The position numbers and the translations under genes were made by a program. A stretch of DNA of 64,000 nucleotides, from assembly GCA_051531975.1 (NCBI GenBank), contig JAOPTT010000017.1, positions 1-64,000 of the forward strand, read 5' to 3'. The DNA comes from Spirochaetaceae bacterium (lineage in GTDB: Bacteria > Spirochaetota > Spirochaetia > DSM-2461). Each line of letters opens with the position of its first letter. The stretch's first letter is position 1. The notes below the pieces were generated by a model that saw only the letters and a list, made by a program, of their open reading frames with translations, did no database searches and had not been told where the DNA came from. Shown piece by piece: positions 41,083 to 50,138 of the stretch.

Positions 41083-42165
41083 TCAAACCTTTACTCCACC
41101 CCACATCTGGATGATGTATTTTCTTATTATCAGTGTAAATACAATTGCTGGTACAGCCTGAGCAACGCTTCCTGCTGTAATCAGATTAATCTGTCCCTGA
41201 GATCCTACAAGTGCTTTATAAACAACAACTGGAAATGTTGGATTGAACTGGGTTAAAACAACTGCAGCAATTACTTCATTCCATGACCCTATAAATGAGT
41301 ACATAGCACACGCAGCTAGGCCTGGTAAGGCAAGAGGTAGAGTTACATGCCAGAAAGCTCCTACCTTTGATGTTCCAAAAATCATTGCAGCTTCCTCTAA
41401 TGAAACAGGGATAGCCATGAATACACTAGCTGTTATCCAGATACTCATAGATATCTGACCAACAGAGTAAACTAAAGAGAGCCCAAGAGGTTGATCATAC
41501 AACCCCATCTTCGCCAGGATAATAACCATAGGGATGGCTAGTGAAACTGCCGGGAACATTCTAACAAACAGGACACTTAGTTTAAGAATACTCTTTCCTT
41601 TAAAGAAATACCTGGCAAAGGCGTAACCTCCCATGCCTCCTATAGTAAGGGATATAAGAATTGTTGCCCCCGCAACCATCAGGCTGTTTAGTACAGCTTG
41701 TGGAGCATGGTTAACTACTTTAAAAAACAGTATATAATTAGCGAGAAGATCCTTTTTTAAAGAAAATTCCACCCTAGATTCACTATCGACAACCTCAAGA
41801 TATTCAACAATTCTCTGGCTGGATATATTACAGTTTGACTGTCTTTTAATAAATTTTCGAAGTTTATCAACATCATCTTCACTGTTATTAAATACAAGAG
41901 GACCAAAGGCCATAAATGCATCTTCAGATTTATTAAATATAAATAGATGGTAACCCTCTGTATCTTTATCAATCATAAAATTGGCTTTGAAAGATGGTAC
42001 CAGAGGTTTTGGCCATTCGGAATATGTTTCATAGTCTGACATAAATGAAAAAGAAAAAAGAAAAAATACAGGAAAAATAATTATAAATGCTATTCCTACT
42101 AGCACTATATATAAAGAAGTTCGTTTTGCAGATCTTCTTATTTGTCGTTTTAAAACATTATTCAT
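41083..42165 (-). CDS. Carbohydrate ABC permease (MalG-like) with an enlarged soluble loop
   Basis: EAA motif SLEEAAMIFG, a TM pattern, and about 100 hydrophilic residues after TM1. Start set to ATG 42165 (GAGGAG RBS). Confidence 0.9.
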   Translation of the reverse strand: MNNVLKRQIRRSAKRTSLYIVLVGIAFIIIFPVFFLFSFSFMSDYETYSEWPKPLVPSFKANFMIDKDTEGYHLFIFNKSEDAFMAFGPLVFNNSEDDVDKLRKFIKRQSNCNISSQRIVEYLEVVDSESRVEFSLKKDLLANYILFFKVVNHAPQAVLNSLMVAGATILISLTIGGMGGYAFARYFFKGKSILKLSVLFVRMFPAVSLAIPMVIILAKMGLYDQPLGLSLVYSVGQISMSIWITASVFMAIPVSLEEAAMIFGTSKVGAFWHVTLPLALPGLAACAMYSFIGSWNEVIAAVVLTQFNPTFPVVVYKALVGSQGQINLITAGSVAQAVPAIVFTLIIRKYIIQMWGGVKV

Positions 42166-43069
42166 CCTGTTTCTCCTCTTTCTCAAATGAGCCGGATACT
42201 TTCAAGTATAAAACGGCAGCAGCAGATACTATAATTGCCACAATTACGGAAAGAGCCAGTCCAATACGTTCAAATTTTTCCGCACCAAGTTGATCATAAT
42301 TAAGAACTACCTGTTCAAGCAGTACTGGTAATCTGTTAAATCCGTATAACATTACAATAATAAGCCAAATTTGAATTGCTGAAATTATTCTTAATATCAT
42401 TGCTGTAGTTATTGTTGGTTTTAACATTGGAATTGTTATCTTCCGTAGAATTTGGAGTTTTGTTCCACCAAAAACAGCTCCTGCTTCTCTTACATCTTCA
42501 CCAATACCCTGAAGACCTGCAAGGAGAATAATCATAACAAAAGGTATAACTGTCCATGCGTCAATAATAATGACAAGCCACAAGGTTGACATCTTATCTC
42601 CTGCAAGGAATAGAATTTTACTTGCATCATCAATAATCCCAAAGTGCATTAAAAAACTGTTTAGCCAGCCCCTTGTCGCCAAGCCTGAAGACCACATAGC
42701 CCCTACTGCGACAGCAGGAAGTGCCATTGGAATCATTGCAAGAAACAGGAACATGGAAGAACCCTTAAACTTTGTATTAATTAACAGTGCAAGGCCAAAG
42801 GCCAGAAGGAATTCAATTGTAACTGAGAATATTACCAAAAAAGCTGTGTTGGTAAGTGCTGCATAAAATACAGGATCCTTAAAAATATGAACATAGTTTG
42901 AGAATGTCCAATTTCCATCTACATTTTTAAAACTCTCAATAATTGCATTAATTACAGGGAACAACCAGAACATTGAATAATAGATTACTACCGGTGCTAT
43001 AAGCAGATACGGTACCATCTTCTTTCTGGTTTCCTTTTTAAGTAATAATTGTGGTTTTGATATAGTCAT
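42158..43069 (-). CDS. Carbohydrate ABC permease (MalF-like)
   Basis: PFVMIILLAGLQ.I...VREAGAVFG and ITIPMLKP motifs. Confidence 0.92.
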   Translation of the reverse strand: MTISKPQLLLKKETRKKMVPYLLIAPVVIYYSMFWLFPVINAIIESFKNVDGNWTFSNYVHIFKDPVFYAALTNTAFLVIFSVTIEFLLAFGLALLINTKFKGSSMFLFLAMIPMALPAVAVGAMWSSGLATRGWLNSFLMHFGIIDDASKILFLAGDKMSTLWLVIIIDAWTVIPFVMIILLAGLQGIGEDVREAGAVFGGTKLQILRKITIPMLKPTITTAMILRIISAIQIWLIIVMLYGFNRLPVLLEQVVLNYDQLGAEKFERIGLALSVIVAIIVSAAAVLYLKVSGSFEKEEKQDE

Positions 43070-43088
43070 AATTCACCTACTAATAAAA

Positions 43089-43109
43089 GCGGCCGGTATA
43101 ACCGGCCGC
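43089..43109 (-). terminator. GC-rich stem-loop after the substrate-binding gene (mRNA stabiliser or partial terminator)
   Basis: GCGGCCGGT-ATA-ACCGGCCGC followed by TTTTATT on the minus strand. Confidence 0.75.
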
Positions 43110-43117
43110 CAATTTAT

Positions 43118-44368
43118 TTATTTTTTTAATGCTTCTAATTTTGCCTGAGCGGCATCTAGCATAGCTTTATCATATACACCAGTACCAATAATCATATCTC
43201 TAAAAACATCATCATAGACTTGTTTTACAGCACCCCAAGATGTATAAGCACTACCTGGAACACCAGATACAACACCTGTTTGAAGAACCATAACACCTTT
43301 CTTGATAACTTCATCAACTGGAGAATCACCAAGAACTGCAATTGCTTCATCTATTGGAGGTAAGAATCCACCTGTTCCTCTTGCAACTTTTACTGCAATT
43401 TCAGGTCTAGTCATAAACTCGATAAACTTAATTGCAAGATCTCTGTTTTCTGCACCTACTGGTACACCAAATCCACTTACACCAGCAATTGAACCAATAC
43501 CTTTAGGTCCCTTTGGTGCTTTTGCTATAACATAGTTAGATGGATTAGATCTGTAAGCTTCACCTGTTCTTGCCATGTGAGCTACTGTTAGCCATGTTTC
43601 ACCACTTTTCATTGGAGCAGTAACATTATCGTATGTCATAACTGTAGGAGAATAAGCTTTATTCATTTTAGTAAGTAATTCCCATCCTTTAAGAGCTCCA
43701 GGAGAGTTAATTACAGGAAATTCACCACCATAGGAAAGAAACATTCCACCATACATATAAATAAGTGATTTCATAGGTACACCTGTTACTGCAGTTTTAC
43801 CTTCACCTTCACCTTCTGCAATTGCAACTGCCCAGTCAATATATTGTTCCCAGGTTATATCTTGAACATCTGCACCGGCAGGAAGATATTTTAGAGCTTT
43901 GTTATTTGCAAGAAGCAGATAAACATCACCACCAACTGGAGCAAAATAGGTTTTACCACCAGACGCTATACTATCCATAAAAGCTGCAGAAAATGTTCGT
44001 CCCTTCCATTCTGATACTGGAAGTTCTTCAACATACTTGTTTGTGATCCACTGATCCATTACTCCATTGTGTGCAATAACAACATCAGTTGTAACTCTTC
44101 CTGTTTCAGCCTGAAGTTTTGCTCTTTTTAGAAGTACTGTATCATCAAGTATTTCAAATTTCACAACAACATTGTTTTCCATTTCAAATTCAGGAAAAAC
44201 TTCATCGTAAAGAAAATTCTGTTCTGCTGCTGGAGACCAGAGCCTAGACGATACAATCAAGGAAGTTGGAGCATCCATACCTGCTTCTACTTCTTCCTGA
44301 CCACCTGCAAACAAAAAACCTGTTGTCAATAAAGACAACATAACTAAAGTAACTAGAACTTTTCTCAT
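43118..44368 (-). CDS. Carbohydrate ABC substrate-binding protein
   Basis: Spirochaete-type signal (LFAGGQEE), SBP_bac_1-like pattern; first gene of the ABC operon with a GAGGAGG RBS. Confidence 0.88.
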   Translation of the reverse strand: MRKVLVTLVMLSLLTTGFLFAGGQEEVEAGMDAPTSLIVSSRLWSPAAEQNFLYDEVFPEFEMENNVVVKFEILDDTVLLKRAKLQAETGRVTTDVVIAHNGVMDQWITNKYVEELPVSEWKGRTFSAAFMDSIASGGKTYFAPVGGDVYLLLANNKALKYLPAGADVQDITWEQYIDWAVAIAEGEGEGKTAVTGVPMKSLIYMYGGMFLSYGGEFPVINSPGALKGWELLTKMNKAYSPTVMTYDNVTAPMKSGETWLTVAHMARTGEAYRSNPSNYVIAKAPKGPKGIGSIAGVSGFGVPVGAENRDLAIKFIEFMTRPEIAVKVARGTGGFLPPIDEAIAVLGDSPVDEVIKKGVMVLQTGVVSGVPGSAYTSWGAVKQVYDDVFRDMIIGTGVYDKAMLDAAQAKLEALKK

Positions 44369-44475
44369 AGAAAAGCCTCCTCTTTATTTTTAATGCATAC
44401 CGCAACCCGGCTATAGCATTATTTAATAATTTAAAACAGCAGACAAATTGAACTACTATATTTTTTCAGCAGTAA

Positions 44476-44492
44476 TTGTCATACGTTGTCAT
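44476..44492. promoter_or_regulatory. Candidate LacI-family operator (downstream site)
   Basis: TTGTCATACGTTGTCAT, enclosed in the inverted repeat TTTTCAGCAG...CTGCTGAAAA. Confidence 0.6.
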
Positions 44493-44542
44493 TCTGCTGA
44501 AAACAATCCATAAAAAATAATACAAGATACCTTTCAGTCCCA

Positions 44543-44589
44543 ATGTCCTTCGTTGTCATCATAATAGCATGTGATAACTTATACCGCAA
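44543..44589 (-). promoter_or_regulatory. Sigma70 promoter with an operator over the transcription start
   Basis: Minus strand TTGCGG-N17-TATTAT with extended TGn, followed after 1 nt by ATGACAACGAAGGACAT (44559-44543). Confidence 0.65.
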
Positions 44590-45075
44590 CAATAAATAAA
44601 TCGTTTGCTAAAATTGTTAAAAAAAGTACTCATTTTGGTGCAAAACCATGGACATCTTTAAAATATATAATACAAGCCTAAGAGTATGTCAAATATTTTT
44701 TTCTTTATGCTTTTTTTTTGATGTTTTTACTCTAATTATCCTGTTAATCCCTTGTAAGCCGGTCTGAATTTAGCTTTTAAAATTATTCCGGTATAATCCT
44801 TTTTTATCATGAAAAATCAAAAAAAAGACACCTGTCAGCAGAGAATTCTATATCAATGTACTTGTATCCTTATTCAGCACCAAAACTTATTAGAATTATT
44901 CTTTAATGAAGATGTAAATTACATTTTAGTTATTTTTAGTTCCTTCGTCTTAGGATATTATGGGTTCTGTAAGTGACGCTTTCAAATATTTATAGTTAAT
45001 CATAATAATGTGCCAATGCCGAAGATACCGTGATGTTCCATATTATCTTTAGTTTTCAACATACGATGAAATATT

Positions 45076-45390
45076 TTATTGGATTTCAAATATTTTCTGT
45101 TCTTTTGTTTCAAAAATACCTATTGCTTCATAAAACTCATGAGTATCCATTCTTTTTGAATTGCAACGTACTCGTGTCTTTAAATCCCTTTCTTTTGCCC
45201 ATCTAATTGCATAACAGACTAGTTCTTTTCCAATTCCATTTCTACGAAATTTAGATGAAACAACTAAGCCTGCAATCTCTATAAATGAAGGAGAAGCGAC
45301 TCTGTTTGCAATAAAGAAATGAATCCAACCTTTAATATACCCATTCTCTTCAAATATCCCCAGATATGGAATAATATTGCTATTTATATA
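45076..45390 (-). pseudogene. GNAT acetyltransferase, 5'-truncated fragment
   Basis: My translation gives GWIHFF...IEIAGLVVSSKFRRNGIGKELV...RVRCNSKRMDTHEFYEAIG...QKIFEIQ*. It has the RxxGxG motif and no ATG start before an upstream TAG. Confidence 0.8.
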
Positions 45391-45396
45391 CTAAGG

Positions 45397-47049
45397 TTAT
45401 GCCCTCTTCCGTGGATTAAACAGTTCTGAAGATCCCACATCTTTATAATGTCTATCAGAATCTTCAAAGAATATGAACTCTGTATACTTGGATATGATGG
45501 AATCAATCTCTTTTGAATTTTTTTCTATAAAATCATTAAAATCAGAGATACCGTTTTTAACTTTTAATTTTGCAAGATCCACTAAAAAACAACTAACATT
45601 ATTAACAGGTAGTGTTGCAACTTCTTTGGCTAAATTGAAACTTGATCCGGTACCTCTACCTCCAAACATAACTTTGTATAGAGGAAGAAACCGATCACCA
45701 TCTTTTTTTAAGAAACCATAGAGACCAATGTTACCAAGGTGATGACTTCCACAGGCATTAGGGCAACCGGAAATATAAATTTCAGGCAGGGCCATCTTTA
45801 CTGTTGTCGATTCATTTTGGAACTTATGTTTAATTCTGTCTGTTAAAGCCCCGGTATCTGTTATACCTATCCTACATGTATTGCTACCTGGGCATGAGAC
45901 AATGTTATTCATCTTGTTTTTTCTTAGAAAATCATGGGATATATAATTAAGTCTCTCTACATCCTTACCACATAACTCCCTAATGAAAAATCCCTGATCA
46001 TGGGACAGTCTTATTGAAGGAGTATAATCCAGAGTATCAATAAAAATTAGTAATTTTGTAAGCTCTTTTGAAGTTATATTTCCTTTCTCAGGCTGAATAT
46101 TTACAGCATACCGACCCTTTACCCGGGTTTCGAAAATTATTTTATTATCAAATTCTATAGTTTCGCCTTCTGTTTCAATATATTCAGACCTGTATTTTTC
46201 TATATCTAAATCTGAAAGTCTGTTTATATCTAATCTTCTATTAAAACAGTCTATAAAAAGTTCTTTAAAAGAATCATCTCCAAGGTTTCTAGCTATGAAT
46301 CTTGTTCTTTTTTTTGCATTTTTATGTTCATTCTCTGTAATTAAAACCTCTTTCATGGCCTCAATACAGTGTAAAACAGTGTTTTCATTAACAAAATCCA
46401 ATAATTTAATACCTAATTTAACATAGGAACCCTGACCACCACCGCCATAAACTTCGAATCCGGCTTTACCATTTCTCGTTACTGCAATAAAACCAATATC
46501 TGCCATTTTTGCTTTGGAGTGATCTTCTATATTATTAGAAATTGATATCTGAAACTTAGCTGGTAGAGTAAAGTTTGTTTCATCCCGTAAAAGGGATTCA
46601 GTAATTGATAGAACGTAGGGTGAAATATCAAACGGTTCATCTATTTCGATTCCTGCCAGAGGTGGAGCTACAATATTTCGTGGAACTTTTCCTGCAGCAG
46701 CCTTTGTTGTAATACCTAATTCTAGAAGTTCTTCTAAAATGTTTGGTATATCATCAAGTTTAATTTTTTGAAATTGAATATTCTGCCTGGTAGTAATATG
46801 GAAATTCAGAGTTGAGTAACTGTTATTAATTTCATTTATTCCCCGTAACTGATCTGCAGAAATTATTCCACCGGGAATCCTGGTTCGTAAAGTAAACAGC
46901 TCCAGATTGGAATTTCGGTTAACATAGGCTCCATATAACTTCAATTTAGCTGAAAACTCTACTGAATCTATAATACTGCTTCTATAGTTTTTAATAATTT
47001 CCCGCACCTGATCTGGTGCATAAGTTAACTCATCAAATAATTTAAACAT
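45397..47049 (-). CDS. Siroheme-[4Fe-4S] nitrite/sulfite reductase-family protein (ferredoxin-dependent type)
   Basis: LRTRIPGG, HITTRQNIQ, LPAKF, CPGSNTC and ISGCPNACG motifs. Confidence 0.85.
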   Translation of the reverse strand: MFKLFDELTYAPDQVREIIKNYRSSIIDSVEFSAKLKLYGAYVNRNSNLELFTLRTRIPGGIISADQLRGINEINNSYSTLNFHITTRQNIQFQKIKLDDIPNILEELLELGITTKAAAGKVPRNIVAPPLAGIEIDEPFDISPYVLSITESLLRDETNFTLPAKFQISISNNIEDHSKAKMADIGFIAVTRNGKAGFEVYGGGGQGSYVKLGIKLLDFVNENTVLHCIEAMKEVLITENEHKNAKKRTRFIARNLGDDSFKELFIDCFNRRLDINRLSDLDIEKYRSEYIETEGETIEFDNKIIFETRVKGRYAVNIQPEKGNITSKELTKLLIFIDTLDYTPSIRLSHDQGFFIRELCGKDVERLNYISHDFLRKNKMNNIVSCPGSNTCRIGITDTGALTDRIKHKFQNESTTVKMALPEIYISGCPNACGSHHLGNIGLYGFLKKDGDRFLPLYKVMFGGRGTGSSFNLAKEVATLPVNNVSCFLVDLAKLKVKNGISDFNDFIEKNSKEIDSIISKYTEFIFFEDSDRHYKDVGSSELFNPRKRA

Positions 47050-47099
47050 CTGTACTCCCTTATTCCTAGATGAATATAAAATAAATTGAGGAATGCAAA

Positions 47100-47115
47100 T
47101 GTAACAATTGATACA
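47100..47115. promoter_or_regulatory. Palindromic regulator site upstream of the reductase
   Basis: TGTAACAATTGATACA (TGTA-N8-TACA), about 50 bp upstream of the start. Confidence 0.45.
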
Positions 47116-47267
47116 AATATCAGTATGTTTCTATAATATCATGGTTCTATGGATATTTTTAAACAACGGATGAACCATATTTTCATAATCAGAAAACTTC
47201 ATTTGTATTATTTACTGATGGTTACAGACATTAAAAACTAATCTATCATTCTCTAATGATCAAAAAA

Positions 47268-47393
47268 TTATTTAGCTATTTCTGCAACTTCTGCACGATA
47301 AGCGTCTGTACTCTCTTTAATATAAAAATTAAATATTCTAATCACTTCCACTTGATGATTAACTGATAATTGTTCAAATAAATATTCACTCAT
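47268..47393 (-). pseudogene. N-terminal remnant of a probable GNAT (phosphinothricin acetyltransferase-like)
   Basis: AGGAG RBS and ATG, then MSEYLFEQLSVNHQVEVIRIFNFYIKESTDAY..., ending after 41 aa. Confidence 0.5.
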
Positions 47394-47673
47394 AATAAGC
47401 TCCTACACATCTCAGAAAGTAGTATTACAAAGAGTGATCATCGTCAATTCTATAACTTAATTCTAGTAATTAACTTTTTTAGATCACTGATTCAATTAAG
47501 TAGCTAGTTTTGAATAAAGTTCTAAATCTATATATTTATCATTTTTTTTTACAGTACAGTTTACTATTCCTGTATTTTACAAACATCTACTCCGGTATTA
47601 AACAAAACCCTATCCTTATACTTTCGTATTAGTCTAATCCATGATCCTATTGAATAAATTTATTACATATAAG

Positions 47674-47860
47674 TTACTGTGGTATTCTCCAATCGCCTCC
47701 TACATATAATAATTGGCTTGTAAGCCATCTTGATTGCTCTGAAGCTAAGAATACCATTACATCCTCTGGCGTTTCATTTACATCATTTGACCCACAATCT
47801 GCTTGAACTTGTCCTGGATGTATAGAGACCACACCTATGGTATTATTTCTAAGTTTATTA
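47674..47860 (-). pseudogene. Short-chain dehydrogenase C-terminal fragment (appears chimeric)
   Basis: IGVVSIHPGQVQADCG...TPEDVMVFLASEQSRWLTSQLLYVGGDW*; no start codon. Confidence 0.65.
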
Positions 47861-48101
47861 TTTCATCTTTCGATCTATTTTCTGTCTGATGCATCACCTG
47901 CTATACCTTCATAGACTTCATGATATATATTACTTCCCAAAGTTTCTATAATTTAGTATATGAAAAAATATGGCACTAATTCTTAATGCCTGTAATAAAT
48001 CTATGTAATATTACATGTAAGATATTAAATATTTATGAAATTTACATAATAATTCGTTTTTTTCTTGCCAACAACAAATAATCGTTATATTAATAGTAAC
48101 A

Positions 48102-48989
48102 ATGAAAAGAAAATTTATTTTTAGTATTATATTTTGCTTAACATCCTTGATTATATACTCTGATGATCTGCCTGACTTTAGCGATCTTCCAGAAATTCCA
48201 ATGGAAGATATTGTAGAAACTTCAGATGATTCAATGAATATCATTGAAAAAATCAGTTACATTCAGAATGATGGATTTCTTCTGATTGATAAACAGTTAA
48301 AAGGATTAAAAAATGGCTTCAAATTCGGCAGTCTGTTGATTATTATCCTTTTTTCCTTTGCATATGGTGTTCTTCACACATTGGGCCCCGGTCATGGAAA
48401 GATGATAATATTTTCATATTTTCTCTCAGAAGAGACCACAAAATGGGATACTCTTGCACTATCTATATTAATTCCAATTATTCACTCCACAGGAGCGGTT
48501 CTACTGGCAGTTCTATTAAAAACTGTACTTTCTTTTATTACGGGTTTTGATGTTCTTGCAATTCAATACTCGTTCACCATGTTATCCGGTCTGCTTATTG
48601 TCGGAATATCCCTATACCTGATTTTTAAGAGTCATAAACATCATAAGGTTTCTGTTTCAAACAATAAAAATGTGATTCTACGAAATATTCCGGTTGCTGT
48701 ATCTGTTGGAATAGTTCCTTGTCCCCTATCCTTGACAATAATGTCAACTTCTATAATATATGGGATATTCTGGATAGGATTCTCAGCTGTGATGTCATTA
48801 ACAATAGCAATGACAATTGTTCTCTATTTTATAGCATTAATAGCCTCAAAATCACAGAAAAAATTGAATCAAAACAAAGAGAGAAAATTATCAAAAATAT
48901 TTCATAGCATAGGAGAAACCCTTTTACTGCTAATCGGTTTAATGTTTATATACAACGGAGGAAGAGCTTTATGGCCAATATTATTTTAA
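48102..48989 (+). CDS. NiCoT/RcnA-family nickel/cobalt transporter
   Basis: YGVLHTLGPGHGK, H-rich HKHHK loop and GIVPCP. Confidence 0.88.
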   Translation: MKRKFIFSIIFCLTSLIIYSDDLPDFSDLPEIPMEDIVETSDDSMNIIEKISYIQNDGFLLIDKQLKGLKNGFKFGSLLIIILFSFAYGVLHTLGPGHGKMIIFSYFLSEETTKWDTLALSILIPIIHSTGAVLLAVLLKTVLSFITGFDVLAIQYSFTMLSGLLIVGISLYLIFKSHKHHKVSVSNNKNVILRNIPVAVSVGIVPCPLSLTIMSTSIIYGIFWIGFSAVMSLTIAMTIVLYFIALIASKSQKKLNQNKERKLSKIFHSIGETLLLLIGLMFIYNGGRALWPILF

Positions 48990-49537
48990 AAAAACATTTT
49001 TTACTAATTGCACTTTTTGTAATTAGTACCATTTCTCTGTATGCCCATCCACATATGAAAATACAGGCATACTCATATAATTATTTTAATGATAGTGGAC
49101 TGCAAGGAGTATACATGCAGTGGGAATATGATCCTATGATCAGTTCACAACTTATATACAATTACGATATCAATGGGGACATGACTTTTTCAGAGAGTGA
49201 AATTGAAGAGTTTAAAACTAAATATTTTGAAAATATTGTTGATTCAGGTTATTATACATATTTTGAAATAGATGGTAAAACTTTAATTAATCCGGAACCT
49301 GTCAGTTTTAAAGCTGTTATAGATAAAGAGGACGAAGTTATAATCTTATCGTTTTTTGTCCCTCTGAATCTCTCTAAAAAAGGTTATGTGGATATCAGGT
49401 ATGGTTTTAATGATAATACCCAATACACTGCATTCTTCATCCCCCATAGTAAAGTCCGGACTAAAGGTGACGGTTTTAAACTAATAAAAGAGTATGTAAA
49501 CCAGTTTGGAGAGATAACATATAGTTATAAGATGTAA
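48971..49537 (+). CDS. DUF1007-like periplasmic protein
   Basis: Signal peptide followed by AHPH, W..D..S and an EF-hand-like DINGD; the usual partner of NiCoT genes. Confidence 0.8.
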   Translation: MANIILKKHFLLIALFVISTISLYAHPHMKIQAYSYNYFNDSGLQGVYMQWEYDPMISSQLIYNYDINGDMTFSESEIEEFKTKYFENIVDSGYYTYFEIDGKTLINPEPVSFKAVIDKEDEVIILSFFVPLNLSKKGYVDIRYGFNDNTQYTAFFIPHSKVRTKGDGFKLIKEYVNQFGEITYSYKM

Positions 49538-49580
49538 ACTTACTATCTTATTTCTTGATAAAGCATATTATGGTTCAAAA

Positions 49581-49907
49581 TCAATTATCCAATATTTCGA
49601 GTAGAATATATTTAGCACTTGTTGATATATAAGGAGTATTAGAACCTTCTAATTCTTTTAGCTTAATAATCGCTTTTTCTTTATCTATTTCAAGAGTATG
49701 CGTTGCAGCCCATAACTGAACCTATTTACTTGAATTTTCCATAAGTTCAATTATTTTTTGTTCTTCACCAATTGAAACGATACCTTTAAGAGCTGAGTGT
49801 AATTTCTTATAGGCTTTGTTTCCGGTTTTATAGTCATCATTTTCAGAACACTTCCCATGCTTTAAAGCTTCATCTTTATAGTTTAATAATAATTGTTCTA
49901 TTTTCAT
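49581..49907 (-). pseudogene. DUF2019-like putative immunity protein with an in-frame TAG at 49722-49724
   Basis: HG...DYKTGNKAYKKL, then after the TAG the frame continues VQLWAATHTLEIDKEKAIIKLKEL...SAKYIL; GGAG RBS. Confidence 0.6.
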
Positions 49908-50138
49908 TTTAATATCTCCAAATTAAATTTAAAATGTCCAACAAAACTCCGTTAACTTCTCAACTCCATAATTATATTGATAATACTAAATAATCTTCAC
50001 TAGAGACTGTAGTATTAAATGTTCTTACACTAATAAAGAACGAAAAATGAAAAAAAATCAGACTTTAGTAAAAATATTTATTATTTATAGGTATAATTAT
50101 TAAGAACATTTTCCATATTAACCCAAAAGTAAAAGATT

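Noticed and set aside
44740..44900. Possible glycerophosphodiesterase-like remnant (GYKYIDIEFSAD...IFHD) on the minus strand
   Set aside because: It needs a stop and a frameshift within a short stretch, so it is too weak to call without blastx.
6707..49724. Genome-wide TAG recoding (pyrrolysine or stop reassignment), suggested by two in-frame TAGs
   Set aside because: TAG ends conserved genes at their normal C-termini (fliF, fliG, mscS, amino-acid permease), and the second case lies in a decaying region.
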